Below are positions 15,568-25,466 of a DNA stretch of 64,000 bases, one piece after another. Origin of the DNA: Escherichia coli. Its GTDB lineage: Bacteria > Pseudomonadota > Gammaproteobacteria > Enterobacterales > Enterobacteriaceae. The translations under genes and the position numbers were made by a program. How positions within the stretch are numbered: the first letter of the stretch is position 1; every line of letters starts with the position of its first letter. Where the stretch lies: the NCBI RefSeq assembly GCF_029227855.1, contig NZ_CP074356.1. One strand, 5' to 3'. The notes beneath the pieces were generated by a model. It worked only from the letters and a program-made list of their open reading frames with translations, searched no databases and was not told where the DNA came from.

Positions 15568-15981
15568 GTGAAATTAGCTATCAGGCTTCAATTGCCGCTG
15601 GCATTCGCATCAAAGGAGAGGAGCATGGAAATAAAACCAGAGGATTAGTTAAGCAATATCGTTTTATTTCCGATAAAAGAGGATGACCCTCGTAATCAGG
15701 TTAATTTTCTTTATGAGCCATCGGAAAGACCATATTGCCATCACGCTTCTGTCCGGGTTGACGAAAAAGAGCGTCAGGTCCGCTGTAAAATCTGCGGTGC
15801 AGTTGTGGAGCCATTTGACTGGATGCTCTCTGTGGCGAAAAGAGAAACCAGACTGGCAGATGATGTAAGGCTCTTGCGCCAGGAGGAACGGGAAAGGCGA
15901 AAAAATATAGAAAAGCTAATTCAGATTGAGCGTAACGGGAAAGCGCGGATACGCAGGGTGACAAAATCCAAAACTGAATAA
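15564..15981 (+). pseudogene. Frameshifted gene: 40-codon frame (VSEISYQ...) followed in +1 frame by a start-less Cys/His-rich ORF (..RPYCHHASVRVDEKERQVRCKICGAV..)
   Basis: GTG at 15564 overlaps upstream stop with AGGAGG RBS; frame ends at TGA 15684..15686 inside an A-run (GATAAAAGAGGATGA); downstream frame open to 15981 without any start codon. Confidence 0.3.
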
Positions 15982-16074
15982 TTAAATTTAGCACTGTTAA
16001 AAATTTAATCCTTAACCGGAGGGATTTCTGCACCCTCAGAACAGCAGGAGGCCACCCGAAAGGGCGGTAGTGAA

Positions 16075-16257
16075 ATGCGAAAGTTCAAAATAATTATTGA
16101 AACGGGAATGGCTGGTGGAGATTTCGAGGATGAATTCGAAGTGGATGCTGATGCGACGCCTGATGAAATACATGACGAAGCAAAAGATATTTTCTTTAAC
16201 TACTGCAATTACTCATATCACGAAATAAAAGACGAAGAGGAAGAGCAAAATGGCTGA
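16075..16257 (+). CDS. Small acidic hypothetical protein (60 aa)
   Basis: Track ORF; stop overlaps the next ATG. Confidence 0.35.
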   Translation: MRKFKIIIETGMAGGDFEDEFEVDADATPDEIHDEAKDIFFNYCNYSYHEIKDEEEEQNG

Positions 16258-16426
16258 TTTTGGTTCAACTAAATACAACGTCAGTTTTGAAAAATGGCAT
16301 GAACTGTTAATGGACTATGCAGAGTTACGTGGTGGCAGTGCTGCTGATGCTGAAGCATGGCGTGATGATTATGAAGCAGGAAAAAATCCGGTCGAAGCAT
16401 ATTGTGATGAGTGGGGCGATGAATGA
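16250..16426 (+). CDS. Small hypothetical protein (58 aa)
   Basis: Hand-translated MADFGSTKYNVSFEKWHELLMDYAELRGGS...; translationally coupled on both sides. Confidence 0.35.
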   Translation: MADFGSTKYNVSFEKWHELLMDYAELRGGSAADAEAWRDDYEAGKNPVEAYCDEWGDE

Positions 16427-16533
16427 GCGAGATTAATTATCAGGAAGGGTATGAAACGGCGGGGCAAGCAAAACCAGTGGCATGGCGATATCGCTACGTG
16501 AAAAAAGGCGTTACGGACTTTCAGGAGAAGTAG
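16423..16533 (+). CDS. Small hypothetical protein (36 aa)
   Basis: MSEINYQEGYETAGQAKPVAWRYRYVKKGVTDFQEK; ATGA overlap with the upstream gene. Confidence 0.3.
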   Translation: MSEINYQEGYETAGQAKPVAWRYRYVKKGVTDFQEK

Positions 16534-16964
16534 TGGTCTGTTGACTGGAAATATGTACCGAAAAAAGAGGATTGTAACGACAGGCCGAACTATCAAATTC
16601 AGGCCTTATTCACTGCCTCACCAGCCCTGGTTACATCAGAAGAACTGGTTAAAGCTGTGCACTTTTATGAACAACTAAAACGCGAAAATCCACCAACATC
16701 CGGCAACTAGATTAATGGGTTAACTATGTCGGTTAAACGACCAGCCAACTGAAAAAGCGGAAACCTGATTATAGGTTGCCAGATAAGGCAATAAGCTACC
16801 TGGCGCGGAACGGACTGATAAGTATGGGGAATGTTTTACGATGAACCTTTAGACTAAAGAGTTTGTAACGCTATGTAAGTGATTTTTTCTAGTTTAGATA
16901 TTTATATGTCCGGCCAAATTGAGGTGTGTTTAAATGTAATTGCACATTGATTGTAGGAGGAATA

Positions 16965-17144
16965 ATGAAAAACGCATTGCAGTTTTTGTTTGTTGCGTTC
17001 TGGTTGTTCGTATCATGTATGCCCATCATCTTCACAGCAAGGTATATGGAAAAAGTTGATGTTTTGATATTAATATTTGGATATATAAATGCCCTTTTTT
17101 TAGGGGTGTTCATGGCGGTCATGTGCATTGAATACTGGCGGTAA
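16965..17144 (+). CDS. Small hydrophobic membrane protein (59 aa), AT-rich moron
   Basis: MKNALQFLFVAFWLFVSCMPIIFTARYMEK...; AGGAGG 4 nt upstream of the ATG. Confidence 0.4.
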   Translation: MKNALQFLFVAFWLFVSCMPIIFTARYMEKVDVLILIFGYINALFLGVFMAVMCIEYWR

Positions 17145-17401
17145 ATACAGCGAACTCCATTGGTTTAGTTGGATATTTATTGTGCTGGACAAAAACGGTT
17201 TGCGGGGAAATCTTAGTTAAGTAGAATGACTGCGGGTGCTTGAGGCTATCTGCCTCGGGCATGAACACCAACGGCAGATAGAGAAAAGCCCCAGGTAACA
17301 TTACGCGTCCTGCAAGACGTTTAACATTAATCTGAGGCCATATCTATGCGACACATAGAGATTAGCCTCTTACGGACCGAAAGGTCAAGGAGAAGCAGGC
17401 T

Positions 17402-17557
17402 ATGAAGCAGCAAAAGGCGATGTTAATCGCCCTGATCGTCATCTGTTTAACCGTCATAGTGACGGCACTGGTAACGAGGAAAGACCTCTGCGAGGTACGA
17501 ATCCGAACCGGCCAGACGGAGGTCGCTGTCTTCACAGTTTACGAACCTGAGGAGTAA
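17402..17557 (+). CDS. hokD: Hok/Gef-family type I toxin (51 aa), HokD/RelF-like
   Basis: MKQQKAMLIALIVICLTVIVTALVTRKDLCEVRIRTGQTEVAVFTVYEPEE; single TM helix plus conserved Cys pattern. Confidence 0.75.
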   Translation: MKQQKAMLIALIVICLTVIVTALVTRKDLCEVRIRTGQTEVAVFTVYEPEE

Positions 17558-17625
17558 GAGACCCGGCGAGGGAGAAATCCCTCGCCACCTCTGATGTGTC
17601 AGGCATCCTCAATGCACCCGCACTT

Positions 17626-17649
17626 AACCCGCTTCGGCGGGTTTATTTT
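17626..17649 (+). terminator. Rho-independent terminator after hok
   Basis: AACCCGCTTCGGCGGGTT hairpin followed by TTATTTT. Confidence 0.5.
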
Positions 17650-18015
17650 ATCTGTGAATATTTTTATAAAAATAATGCCCACACACAGCATAAAACAAAA
17701 AGTATCACAGATAAAAAAGGAGCGTAATGTGCAGATTTGTTGTTTTCCATATTTACTCACTTTAACATAATCAATATTGATATGGTTGTTGTTTCGGTGG
17801 TTTCAAACGAGATGTTATGATGATCTGGTAAAATTGCATAACATTAAAATTTAATTTATCTAATCGCTTTTAATAATAAGCGTTGTGTTTATCCCAACAA
17901 TCTGTTGTTTGACTTTTATTCCATTAATGTAGGGGCTTTACACTGGAACCAGTTTATTTATACTTTATACGCCAGCCTGAACAACTGGCACCTGCTGCGC
18001 CAGCAGAGACAACCG

Positions 18016-18294
18016 ATGGCGCACGATACCAAATTACACAATTCTGATGATTCTGCCGTCTTTGCCAGCAGGTGCGGACGGCGTTTTCATGCATTCAAAT
18101 CGGACTGGTTCCAGCATCCACCATGCACTGAAGAGCAGGCTGAATGGATAATTCAGTGTTACCGCAGGCGCGGATACGAGGTTAAAAAAGCCCTTAGCCT
18201 CGACTACCGTCACTGGATAATCTCAGTCAGATTGCCTTACTCCGAACGCCCACCGCGTCCATCCCGCACATTCCAGCAACGCATCTGGAGGTAA
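18016..18294 (+). CDS. Hypothetical prophage protein (Rem-like position), 92 aa
   Basis: MAHDTKLHNSDDSAVFASRCGRRFHAFKSDWFQHPPC...; between hok and the DUF968 gene as in Qin. Confidence 0.45.
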   Translation: MAHDTKLHNSDDSAVFASRCGRRFHAFKSDWFQHPPCTEEQAEWIIQCYRRRGYEVKKALSLDYRHWIISVRLPYSERPPRPSRTFQQRIWR

Positions 18295-18295
18295 C

Positions 18296-19345
18296 GTGCG
18301 GGTATTACTTCGACCTGTTCTGGTACCGGAACTCGGGCTGGTGATCGTTAAGCCGGGCCGTGAATCCATGCCGGTATTCCACAATACCCGGTTACTGGTG
18401 GAGCCGGAACCGAAAAGCATGCGTAATCTGCCGTCCGGGGTCGTTCCTGCCGCTCGCCAGCCGCTGGTGGAAGACAAAACATTGCTGCCGTTTTTCAGTA
18501 ACGCACGGGTGATTCGTGCTGCTGGTGGTGCTGGTGCATTGTCTGACTGGCTGTTGCGCCATATTAAATCCTGCCAGTGGCCACACGGCGATTATCATCA
18601 CAGCGAAACCGTCATTCACCGTTATGGTACCGGCGCAATGGTGTTGTGCTGGCACTGCGACAACCAGCTGCGTGACCAGACATCCGAATCACTCGAGCAA
18701 GTTGCTCATCAAAACCTGTCAGCATGGATGATTGACGTCATCGGTCACGCAATAAGCGGTACGCAGGAGCGTGAATTATCTCTGGCTGAATTATCCTGGT
18801 GGGCGGTCCGCAATCAGGTGGCGGACGCGCTACCGGAAGCGGTATTACGTCGTTCGCTGGGGTTGCGTGCGGAAAAAATCCGCTCAATGTACCGTGAAAG
18901 CGACATCGTACCGGGAGAGCAGACCGCCACCAGCATACTGAAACAGCGCACAAAAAATCTTGCGCCGCTGCCTCACGCCCACCAGCAACAGAACCCACCA
19001 CAGGAAAAGACGGTGGTCAGCATTGCCGTTGATCCTGAGTCTCCGGAATCTTTCATGAAACGACCTAAACGTCGCCGCTGGGTTAACGAGAAATACACAC
19101 GCTGGGTGAAGACACAGCCGTGTGCGTGTTGTGGTAAGCCAGCCGACGATCCCCATCACCTGATTGGTCATGGTCAGGGCGGAATGGGGACAAAATCTCA
19201 CGATATTTTCACGCTACCGCTGTGTCGGGAGCATCACAACGAGCTTCATGCGGATCCGCTGGCGTTCGAAGAAAAGCATGGTTCTCAGGTTGATTTAATT
19301 TTTCGTTTTCTTGATCACGCCTTTGCAACTGGCGTGCTTGGGTAA
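18296..19345 (+). CDS. DUF968-family phage protein (YdfU-like), 349 aa
   Basis: GTG start with GGAGG RBS; C-terminal Cys/His cluster (CACCGKPADDPHHLIGHG...CREHHNELH); typical neighbour of rusA and Q. Confidence 0.75.
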   Translation: MRVLLRPVLVPELGLVIVKPGRESMPVFHNTRLLVEPEPKSMRNLPSGVVPAARQPLVEDKTLLPFFSNARVIRAAGGAGALSDWLLRHIKSCQWPHGDYHHSETVIHRYGTGAMVLCWHCDNQLRDQTSESLEQVAHQNLSAWMIDVIGHAISGTQERELSLAELSWWAVRNQVADALPEAVLRRSLGLRAEKIRSMYRESDIVPGEQTATSILKQRTKNLAPLPHAHQQQNPPQEKTVVSIAVDPESPESFMKRPKRRRWVNEKYTRWVKTQPCACCGKPADDPHHLIGHGQGGMGTKSHDIFTLPLCREHHNELHADPLAFEEKHGSQVDLIFRFLDHAFATGVLG

Positions 19346-19357
19346 AAGAGGTGACTG

Positions 19358-19732
19358 ATGCTCATAGATTTGGTTTTACCTTACCCGCCGACGGTGAACA
19401 CTTACTGGCGACGCCGTGGCAGCACATATTTTATCTCGGAGGAGGGAAAGCGTTATCGCCGTGCTGTGGCGCTTATTGTTCGCCAGCAGCGGCTGAAATT
19501 AAGCCTGTCCGGAAGGCTGGCGATAAAGGTGATTGCAGAGCCACAGGATAAGCGTCGTCGCGACCTGGACAATATCCTGAAAGCACCGCTGGATGCGCTG
19601 ACGCATGCGGGAGTGTTAATGGACGATGAGCAGTTTGATGAAATCAATATCGTTCGTGGTCAGCCAGTATCTGGTGGACGTCTGGGGGTGAAGATTTACC
19701 CCATAATGCATGAAGAGCAGGTCAAAAAATGA
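19358..19732 (+). CDS. rusA: Holliday-junction resolvase RusA
   Basis: 124 aa with ..NTYWRRRG..RRRDLDNILKAPLDALT.. RusA motifs. Confidence 0.85.
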   Translation: MLIDLVLPYPPTVNTYWRRRGSTYFISEEGKRYRRAVALIVRQQRLKLSLSGRLAIKVIAEPQDKRRRDLDNILKAPLDALTHAGVLMDDEQFDEINIVRGQPVSGGRLGVKIYPIMHEEQVKK

Positions 19733-20550
19733 AACTGGAAGATTTACCGAAATACTACTCCCCAAAATCCCCTTGCCTGACCGATGCATCGGCCTCAACG
19801 TCAAAAGATGCGCTGAGTATCACTGATGTGATGGCCGCGCAGGGCATGACACAGAATCGGGCTGAGATGGGGTTTTCTGCGTTCCTGGGGAAGATGGGCA
19901 TCAGTATGAATGACAGGGCGCGGGCAACAGAATTACTGGCAGATTATGCACTCAGTCGGTGCGATCGTGTGGCGGCGTTGAGAAAACTTCCGGCAGAAAT
20001 AAAACCGGTAGTGATGCGCATTATGGCTTCGTGCGCTTTTGAGGATTATGCCCGCAGCGCAGCGAGTAAAAAGCTGTGCCCTTGTTGCTATGGGGAAAAA
20101 TTTATTGAAAGCGTAGTTTTTACAAACAAGGTCCAGTATCCGGATGGTAAGCCGCCGGTATGGGCAAAGTGTACGAAAGGTGTGTATCCGTCTTACTGGG
20201 AAGAATGGAAAAAAGTCAGGGAGGTGGTAAAAGTTGCCTGTCCGGAGTGTGGCGGGAAGGGTGAGGTTTCCACCGCCTGTAAGGATTGCCGTGGGCGTGG
20301 TGTCGCCATTCATCGTGAAGAGTCGGTAAAACGTGGTATGCCTGTTATCAGAGACTGCCAGCGTTGTGGTGGTCGTGGCTATGAAAGGCTACCATCAACG
20401 GAGGCATTTAATGCTATATGCGAGGTGACAAACCAGATAACACGCGCGTCATGGGAAAAAACAGTTAAGAAATTCTATGATGCGCTGGTGACCCGGTTTG
20501 ATATTGAAGAAGCATGGGCTGAGCGGCAGTTAAAAAAGGTAACTAGGTAA
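19729..20550 (+). CDS. Late-gene antiterminator Q
   Basis: 273 aa with Cys-rich zinc-binding region (CPECGGKGEVSTACKDCRGRG..CQRCGGRG); immediately upstream of a promoter/terminator pair and the lysis genes. Confidence 0.8.
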   Translation: MKLEDLPKYYSPKSPCLTDASASTSKDALSITDVMAAQGMTQNRAEMGFSAFLGKMGISMNDRARATELLADYALSRCDRVAALRKLPAEIKPVVMRIMASCAFEDYARSAASKKLCPCCYGEKFIESVVFTNKVQYPDGKPPVWAKCTKGVYPSYWEEWKKVREVVKVACPECGGKGEVSTACKDCRGRGVAIHREESVKRGMPVIRDCQRCGGRGYERLPSTEAFNAICEVTNQITRASWEKTVKKFYDALVTRFDIEEAWAERQLKKVTR

Positions 20551-20555
20551 CAAGG

Positions 20556-20583
20556 TTGATTTTTCCGGAATCTGTGGTAAATT
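20556..20583 (+). promoter_or_regulatory. Putative late promoter (PR' analogue)
   Basis: TTGATT, 16-nt spacer, TAAATT directly downstream of Q. Confidence 0.35.
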
Positions 20584-20631
20584 CGTCATAACGATGGGCG
20601 TTTTATGCCTGACGTTAGAAGAGTTTCTACA

Positions 20632-20656
20632 ACCCGCCGCCGAGCGGGTTTTTTAT
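20632..20656 (+). terminator. Rho-independent terminator (tR' analogue, likely Q-antiterminated)
   Basis: ACCCGC-CGCCGA-GCGGGT hairpin followed by TTTTTT. Confidence 0.5.
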
Positions 20657-20692
20657 TGCGGAATTAATTACGGACCGTTATTATTCTGCTCC

Positions 20693-20769
20693 CGGTCCTT
20701 TAGCTCAGTGGTGAGAGCGAGCGACTCATAATCGCCAGGTCGCTGGTTCAAATCCAGCAAGGGCCACCA
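20693..20769 (+). tRNA. Phage-borne tRNA with CAU anticodon (Met or lysidine-Ile2 type)
   Basis: GGTCCTTTAGCTCAGTGGTGAGAGCGAGCGACTCATAATCGCC...GGGCCACCA; cloverleaf folds. Confidence 0.85.
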
Positions 20770-20874
20770 TCACAAACCGCCATTAGCTTATCAGGAAGAG
20801 CAGACGACACGATAACAGGGGTGTTGGTGCGGGGGGGGGGCGGGTCCCCGATGGCGGTCCATTATCGGTATTCA

Positions 20875-20951
20875 GCGTTGTTAGCTCAGCCGGACAGAGC
20901 AATTGCCTTCTAAGCAATCGGTCACTGGTTCGAATCCAGTACAGCGCGCCA
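20875..20951 (+). tRNA. Phage-borne tRNA-Arg (anticodon UCU)
   Basis: GCGTTGTTAGCTCAGCCGGACAGAGCAATTGCCTTCTAAGCAATCGGTCACTGGTTCGAATCCAGTACAGCGCGCCA. Confidence 0.85.
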
Positions 20952-21061
20952 TATTCATTCTTCCAGATTCCTTCCGGCAGAGCCTTATACTGGAATATAC
21001 CTGGCTCAGGATATTGTTGAAAACATTATATGTTTGTCAAAAATAAAAGTTCTGTTAAGTA

Positions 21062-21415
21062 TTGATTGAGTGTTTGTTATACGGTCTAATGGTTTTTTCA
21101 GTATTAAATATTTATCATTCATATGGTGTGGGTAGAGTGAATATTGATGAGGCGTCGGGGTGTTTCATCCTTAGGCAGCGTATTGATATAGTCAATGCAG
21201 CACGAGCAAAGGCCTTCAGCCGTTTGACAGTTTTGTTCTGTACTCCTGATCGTCTTTCGGGAAGAGACGTTATTCTTCTGAATAGTGATGCTATACAGAG
21301 GGTTTGCGATGAGTTCATGGTTGCTAATTCAGAATTATTTGCTCTTGTTCAGGAGTACAACAGAATAGCCAGGACCTGTGGTATGGATGAACTTCGGATT
21401 ACTCATCTGGGGTAG
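21062..21415 (+). CDS. Hypothetical protein in AT-rich moron region
   Basis: Track ORF only; start uncertain. Confidence 0.3.
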   Translation: MIECLLYGLMVFSVLNIYHSYGVGRVNIDEASGCFILRQRIDIVNAARAKAFSRLTVLFCTPDRLSGRDVILLNSDAIQRVCDEFMVANSELFALVQEYNRIARTCGMDELRITHLG

Positions 21416-21862
21416 ATACATATCTGGATTATCACCTGTTACGGTAAAAAGTGATTGCTTACTGTTTTTGTGAATGGCATTGCAGCAGCCGGATAATGTC
21501 AGTGCTGGCTGACGGTGTGCTGGTGGCGGGTGTGGTGGTTGTTGCTTTCCCGTTGCTGAAAAAGAAAACGCCAGACTGTTAGCCGGGTATCAGTTAGCGG
21601 GAGAAATTTTTAAATACTTCACAATTCAGGCGGTTGACTGTTGTCTGGTTTGCGGGGAGTTTGTTAAAAGAAACTGGCATGGTGAATCCCCCTGTGCGGA
21701 GGGGCAATCAGCGAGTAGGTATATGGGATAATCGCGGATTCAGGTGCTGGTACTGAATTCACCGGGAGGCACCCGGCACCATGCAATGGCACATAGCGCC
21801 ACTCTCCAGCCCCTCTCCGGAGGGGCTGTTTATATTGATTTTGTCAGATGTGAGTAAACTCC

Positions 21863-22198
21863 TTATGGACTTTGTTGTTTTAGTCCATAAGGACATATTT
21901 GCAGAGTGCAACGGTTATTAAAGCATTCATTCAATACGTTATCTGTATTTGTAGGGCATTCCTGGCTGTTTTTGATTAAATTCCAGAATGTTTTATTGAA
22001 TGGTACTACGTTGTAAATGGTTACAGGTAGCACTTTGTTATTGAGCATGATACCTGTGTGAGTCAGTGTAAATATACTTTCAGGAGGTAAGAAAGCATCC
22101 GATTGATACCAGATTATTAATTTTACTTTACTCCATATGACTGAAAAAGATATTCCGCATGATGGCTGGATAACTGTATCAATCACAATCCACTTCAT
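21863..22198 (-). CDS. Hypothetical protein in AT-rich moron region
   Basis: Track ORF only. Confidence 0.3.
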   Translation of the reverse strand: MKWIVIDTVIQPSCGISFSVIWSKVKLIIWYQSDAFLPPESIFTLTHTGIMLNNKVLPVTIYNVVPFNKTFWNLIKNSQECPTNTDNVLNECFNNRCTLQICPYGLKQQSP

Positions 22199-22458
22199 TT
22201 AGCTTCCTTGTTTATGCCTTGCTGGTGATGTTCTGAAAAGTATAAATGATATTTTTGAATGTAAACCATAGCGCAGAATTATTTTTCTGATGTTGTTTAT
22301 TGTTTATTTAAATGCAGGGTGGTTTATATCTCGTCTTGTAGTTTATCCATGCATATCTGCTTGATAATCAGGTTTTTATTTAAGGTATGGTTTTGTGTTT
22401 TTTCTGTATTACATATCCGGTATTTTAAAGAATTATTTTTCAGATAGTGGAAAGAACC

Positions 22459-22647
22459 ATGGCATTTAAACACTATGATGTTGTCAGGGCGGCGCCGCCG
22501 TCAGATCTTGCGGAAAAGCTGACACATAAACTGAAAGAGGGCGGGCAGCCGTTTGGTAGTCCGGTGGCCATAACCCCTTATACCCTGATGCAGGCGATTG
22601 CAGCAGAAGGTGATGTGGTGGTCAGTGGTGCAACTGAGCCGGAGTGA
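22459..22647 (+). CDS. Small conserved prophage protein upstream of lysis genes (DUF1737-like)
   Basis: MAFKHYDVVRAAPPSDLAEKLTHKLKEGGQPFGSPVAI...; family assignment recalled. Confidence 0.5.
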   Translation: MAFKHYDVVRAAPPSDLAEKLTHKLKEGGQPFGSPVAITPYTLMQAIAAEGDVVVSGATEPE

Positions 22648-22954
22648 TACTACGTCATCGTACTGGCCCGGCATTCCAGGCCATAAAAGACAGTCTGGCA
22701 GTGGGACTAAATGCACTGACGCTGATGGATATTACCAAAAATGTAACGTATGGCGTTGAGATAGAAAGTCTGGCGCTGGAGATAAATGCACCGGCATCAT
22801 CATAAAAAGTGAGCCAGTCAAATGGAAGGTATCGTTAAACTCACCGGTAGTGTCAGTGGGTCGTCTGAGACGCTTGCATGAGTTATCAGAGCCATCAGTA
22901 GTTAACTGGTGGCTTTTTTATTGTTTTCAGCTTCCGGATAACGGGAGACGGGGT

Positions 22955-23170
22955 ATGGACCAGATGGAAAAAATCACAACAGGTGTGTCATACACCACGT
23001 CAGCGGTGGGAACGGGCTACTGGTTCCTGCAGTTGCTGGACAGGGTTTCCCCGTCTCAGTGGGCGGCAATAGGCGTGCTGGGGAGTCTGCTGTTTGGGCT
23101 GCTGACATATCTGACTAACCTGTATTTCAAAATCAGAGAGGACCGTCGTAAGGCGGCACGGGGAGAGTAA
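22955..23170 (+). CDS. S: Holin, phage-21 S (pinholin)-like, 71 aa
   Basis: [71 protein letters not shown]; two TM segments, charged C-terminus. Confidence 0.8.
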   Translation: MDQMEKITTGVSYTTSAVGTGYWFLQLLDRVSPSQWAAIGVLGSLLFGLLTYLTNLYFKIREDRRKAARGE

Positions 23171-23174
23171 TTCA

Positions 23175-23519
23175 ATGACTCAAAACTATGAACTGATTGT
23201 GAAAGGGATCCGCAATTTTGAGAATAAAGTTACGGTAACTTTAGCATTACAGGACAAAGAACGCTTTGACGGTGAAATTTTTGACCTGGACATCTCGCTG
23301 GACCGTGTTGAAGGTGCTGCGCTGGAGTTTTATGAGGCAGCGGCCAGAAGGAGCATCAGACAGGTCTTCCTGGATGTCGCTGCCGGGTTATGTGAAGGGG
23401 ATGAGCAGTCGCCGGAAAAGCGCCCCGTAATTTTAGAGGCGCAGAATGTATGGATAACCTACAAAGGAAAGCTACCGGGAAGGATTACTGGTTCCCTGAA
23501 GACTCCGCCGAAATGGTAG
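23175..23519 (+). CDS. Hypothetical protein between holin and endolysin
   Basis: 114-aa ORF starting 5 nt after the holin stop. Confidence 0.5.
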   Translation: MTQNYELIVKGIRNFENKVTVTLALQDKERFDGEIFDLDISLDRVEGAALEFYEAAARRSIRQVFLDVAAGLCEGDEQSPEKRPVILEAQNVWITYKGKLPGRITGSLKTPPKW

Positions 23520-23757
23520 TTTTGCCAGCATAATTTTCTTCCAGCAATGCCGCCAGCCACTTGAAAGAATTTTGTTGTTCCTGGGACCATTTGGGGTTGC
23601 GTGATTCAAAATGAATGGATGCCAGCGTTGGCAGCATTTGCTCCCTGGGAATTGATAAGGCCAGATGTGAAAATGCAACAGTGAGGGCATTTACATCATC
23701 CCGAAGCCTGAAAATGCAGTCGAGCAACTCCTGTAGAGAAATGGTGCTATTGTCCAT
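23485..23757 (-). CDS. Hypothetical protein (antisense orientation within lysis cassette)
   Basis: Track ORF filling the 340-bp gap before the endolysin; may be spurious. Confidence 0.3.
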   Translation of the reverse strand: MDNSTISLQELLDCIFRLRDDVNALTVAFSHLALSIPREQMLPTLASIHFESRNPKWSQEQQNSFKWLAALLEENYAGKTTISAESSGNQ

Positions 23758-23862
23758 AAATAATCCTCTTGATTGTCTTTACCTTTTCCCCGCCTGATTC
23801 AACAGGCCGGGACAGATAAACATATCCAGGGTTCAGAAACCGATAAATCCTGATAAATATCC

Positions 23863-24396
23863 ATGAACGCAAAAATCAAATACGGCCTGTCAGCTGCAGT
23901 TCTGGCGCTGATTGGAGCAGGCGCATCAGCTCCTCAGATACTTGACCAGTTTCTGGATGAAAAAGAGGGTAACCACACTACGGCATACCGCGATGGTTCC
24001 GGCAACTGGACCATCTGTCGGGGGGCCACGATGGTGGATGGAAAACCCGTTTTTCCCGGTATGAAACTGTCGAAGGAAAAATGCGACCAGGTCAACGCCA
24101 TTGAGCGTGATAAGGCGCTGGCATGGGTGGAGAAAAACATCAAAGTGCCATTGAGCGAACCCCAGAAAGCGGGGATCGCGTCATTCTGTCCGTACAACAT
24201 TGGTCCCGGTAAGTGTTTCCCGTCGACGTTTTATAAACGAATTAATGCAGGTGATCGCAGGGGAGCGTGTGAGGCGATTCGCTGGTGGATTAAGGACGGT
24301 GGCAGAGACTGCCGTATTCGTTCAAACAACTGCTACGGTCAGGTATCCCGTCGTGACCAGGAGAGCGCGCTGGCGTGCTGGGGTATCGACAGATAA
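23863..24396 (+). CDS. R: SAR endolysin (phage lysozyme, R21/P1 Lyz type)
   Basis: N-terminal signal-anchor (LSAAVLALIGAGASA) and E..D..T catalytic spacing (EGNHTTAYRDGSGNWT). Confidence 0.9.
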   Translation: MNAKIKYGLSAAVLALIGAGASAPQILDQFLDEKEGNHTTAYRDGSGNWTICRGATMVDGKPVFPGMKLSKEKCDQVNAIERDKALAWVEKNIKVPLSEPQKAGIASFCPYNIGPGKCFPSTFYKRINAGDRRGACEAIRWWIKDGGRDCRIRSNNCYGQVSRRDQESALACWGIDR

Positions 24397-24694
24397 GCAG
24401 AATATTTTGCTGAAAAATAAGGCATGGCCACGCGGGCGGATAACATGAAATCCTGCGAAGTGGCGAAACGTAAGTGAATAAAAGTAAAAACCCCGTTTGT
24501 TGGCACCAAGCGGGGTTTTGTGTTTCCTGACTCCGGAAAAGTCAAAGGAGAAAGTGTGTTTGATTTTAGCAAACTGATTCGGGAGATTCGAGTGATGGCT
24601 GAAAAATTATCCACCTGGAAGTTCATTCTTATCTGGCTGGTGTTTGTGATTATGGCCTCTGGTTATTTCATCGGTCAGATACGCTGGTGGTGAA

Positions 24695-25159
24695 ATGAAC
24701 CGCGTACTGTGCGTGGTCATCATTGCCCTGCTGGTGGCCTGTGGTGCGCTTAGTCTGGGGCTGAATCATTACCGTGATAACGCCATTACCTACAAAGCCC
24801 AGCGCGACAAAAATGTCAGAGAACTGAAGCTGGCGAACGCGGCAATTACTGACATGCAGATGCGTCAGCGTGATGTTGCTGCGCTCGATGCAAAATACAC
24901 GAAGGAGTTAGCTGATGCGAAAGCTGAAAATGATGCTCTGCGTGATGATGTTGCCGCTGGTCGTCGTCGGTTGCACATCAAAGCAGTCTGTCAGTCAGTG
25001 CGTGAAGCCACCACCGCCTCCGGCGTGGATAATGCAGCCTCCCCCCGATTGGCAGACACCGCTGAACGGGATTATTTCACCCTCAGAGCGCGACTGATAA
25101 TAATGCAAAAACAACTTGAAGGGGCACAGCTATACATTCGAGAGCAATGCCTCAGATAA
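24695..25159 (+). CDS. Rz: Spanin inner-membrane subunit Rz
   Basis: N-terminal TM helix and coiled-coil; Rz1 embedded in +1 frame. Confidence 0.85.
   Translation: MNRVLCVVIIALLVACGALSLGLNHYRDNAITYKAQRDKNVRELKLANAAITDMQMRQRDVAALDAKYTKELADAKAENDALRDDVAAGRRRLHIKAVCQSVREATTASGVDNAASPRLADTAERDYFTLRARLIIMQKQLEGAQLYIREQCLR
24915..25097 (+). CDS. Rz1: Spanin outer-membrane lipoprotein Rz1 (embedded in Rz)
   Basis: Lipobox LVVVGC followed by proline-rich segment ([15 protein letters not shown]). Confidence 0.8.
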   Translation: MRKLKMMLCVMMLPLVVVGCTSKQSVSQCVKPPPPPAWIMQPPPDWQTPLNGIISPSERD

Positions 25160-25466
25160 AAACCGGCCAAGGATAATCCGCTGAAGATTCGCCGGTGGCT
25201 AAAGTGTGCCAAGAGTTCAATTTACGCAATTACTCCTGTCGATGCTATGTACCGTCTTTGTGAAGTCAATGGATACCTGATTTATTTCTGTGCGCTGTAT
25301 CGTCGCTGTACTCTTGCATTAATTATGACTGTAGCCTGACGGGGAACTCCTTCTGCACAAGTGTGGGGGAATAATCAAAAACGATGCACACCGGGGTTAC
25401 CGGGTACACATATTTCATCATGCCAGCGAGTCCGGTTCTGGCACGGAAGAAACCGGACGTTATGAT

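Noticed and set aside
20551-22950. Shiga toxin or other toxin cargo between Q and the lysis genes
   Set aside because: No ORF in this interval resembles StxA/StxB or other toxins I recognise; only tRNAs and AT-rich hypothetical ORFs.
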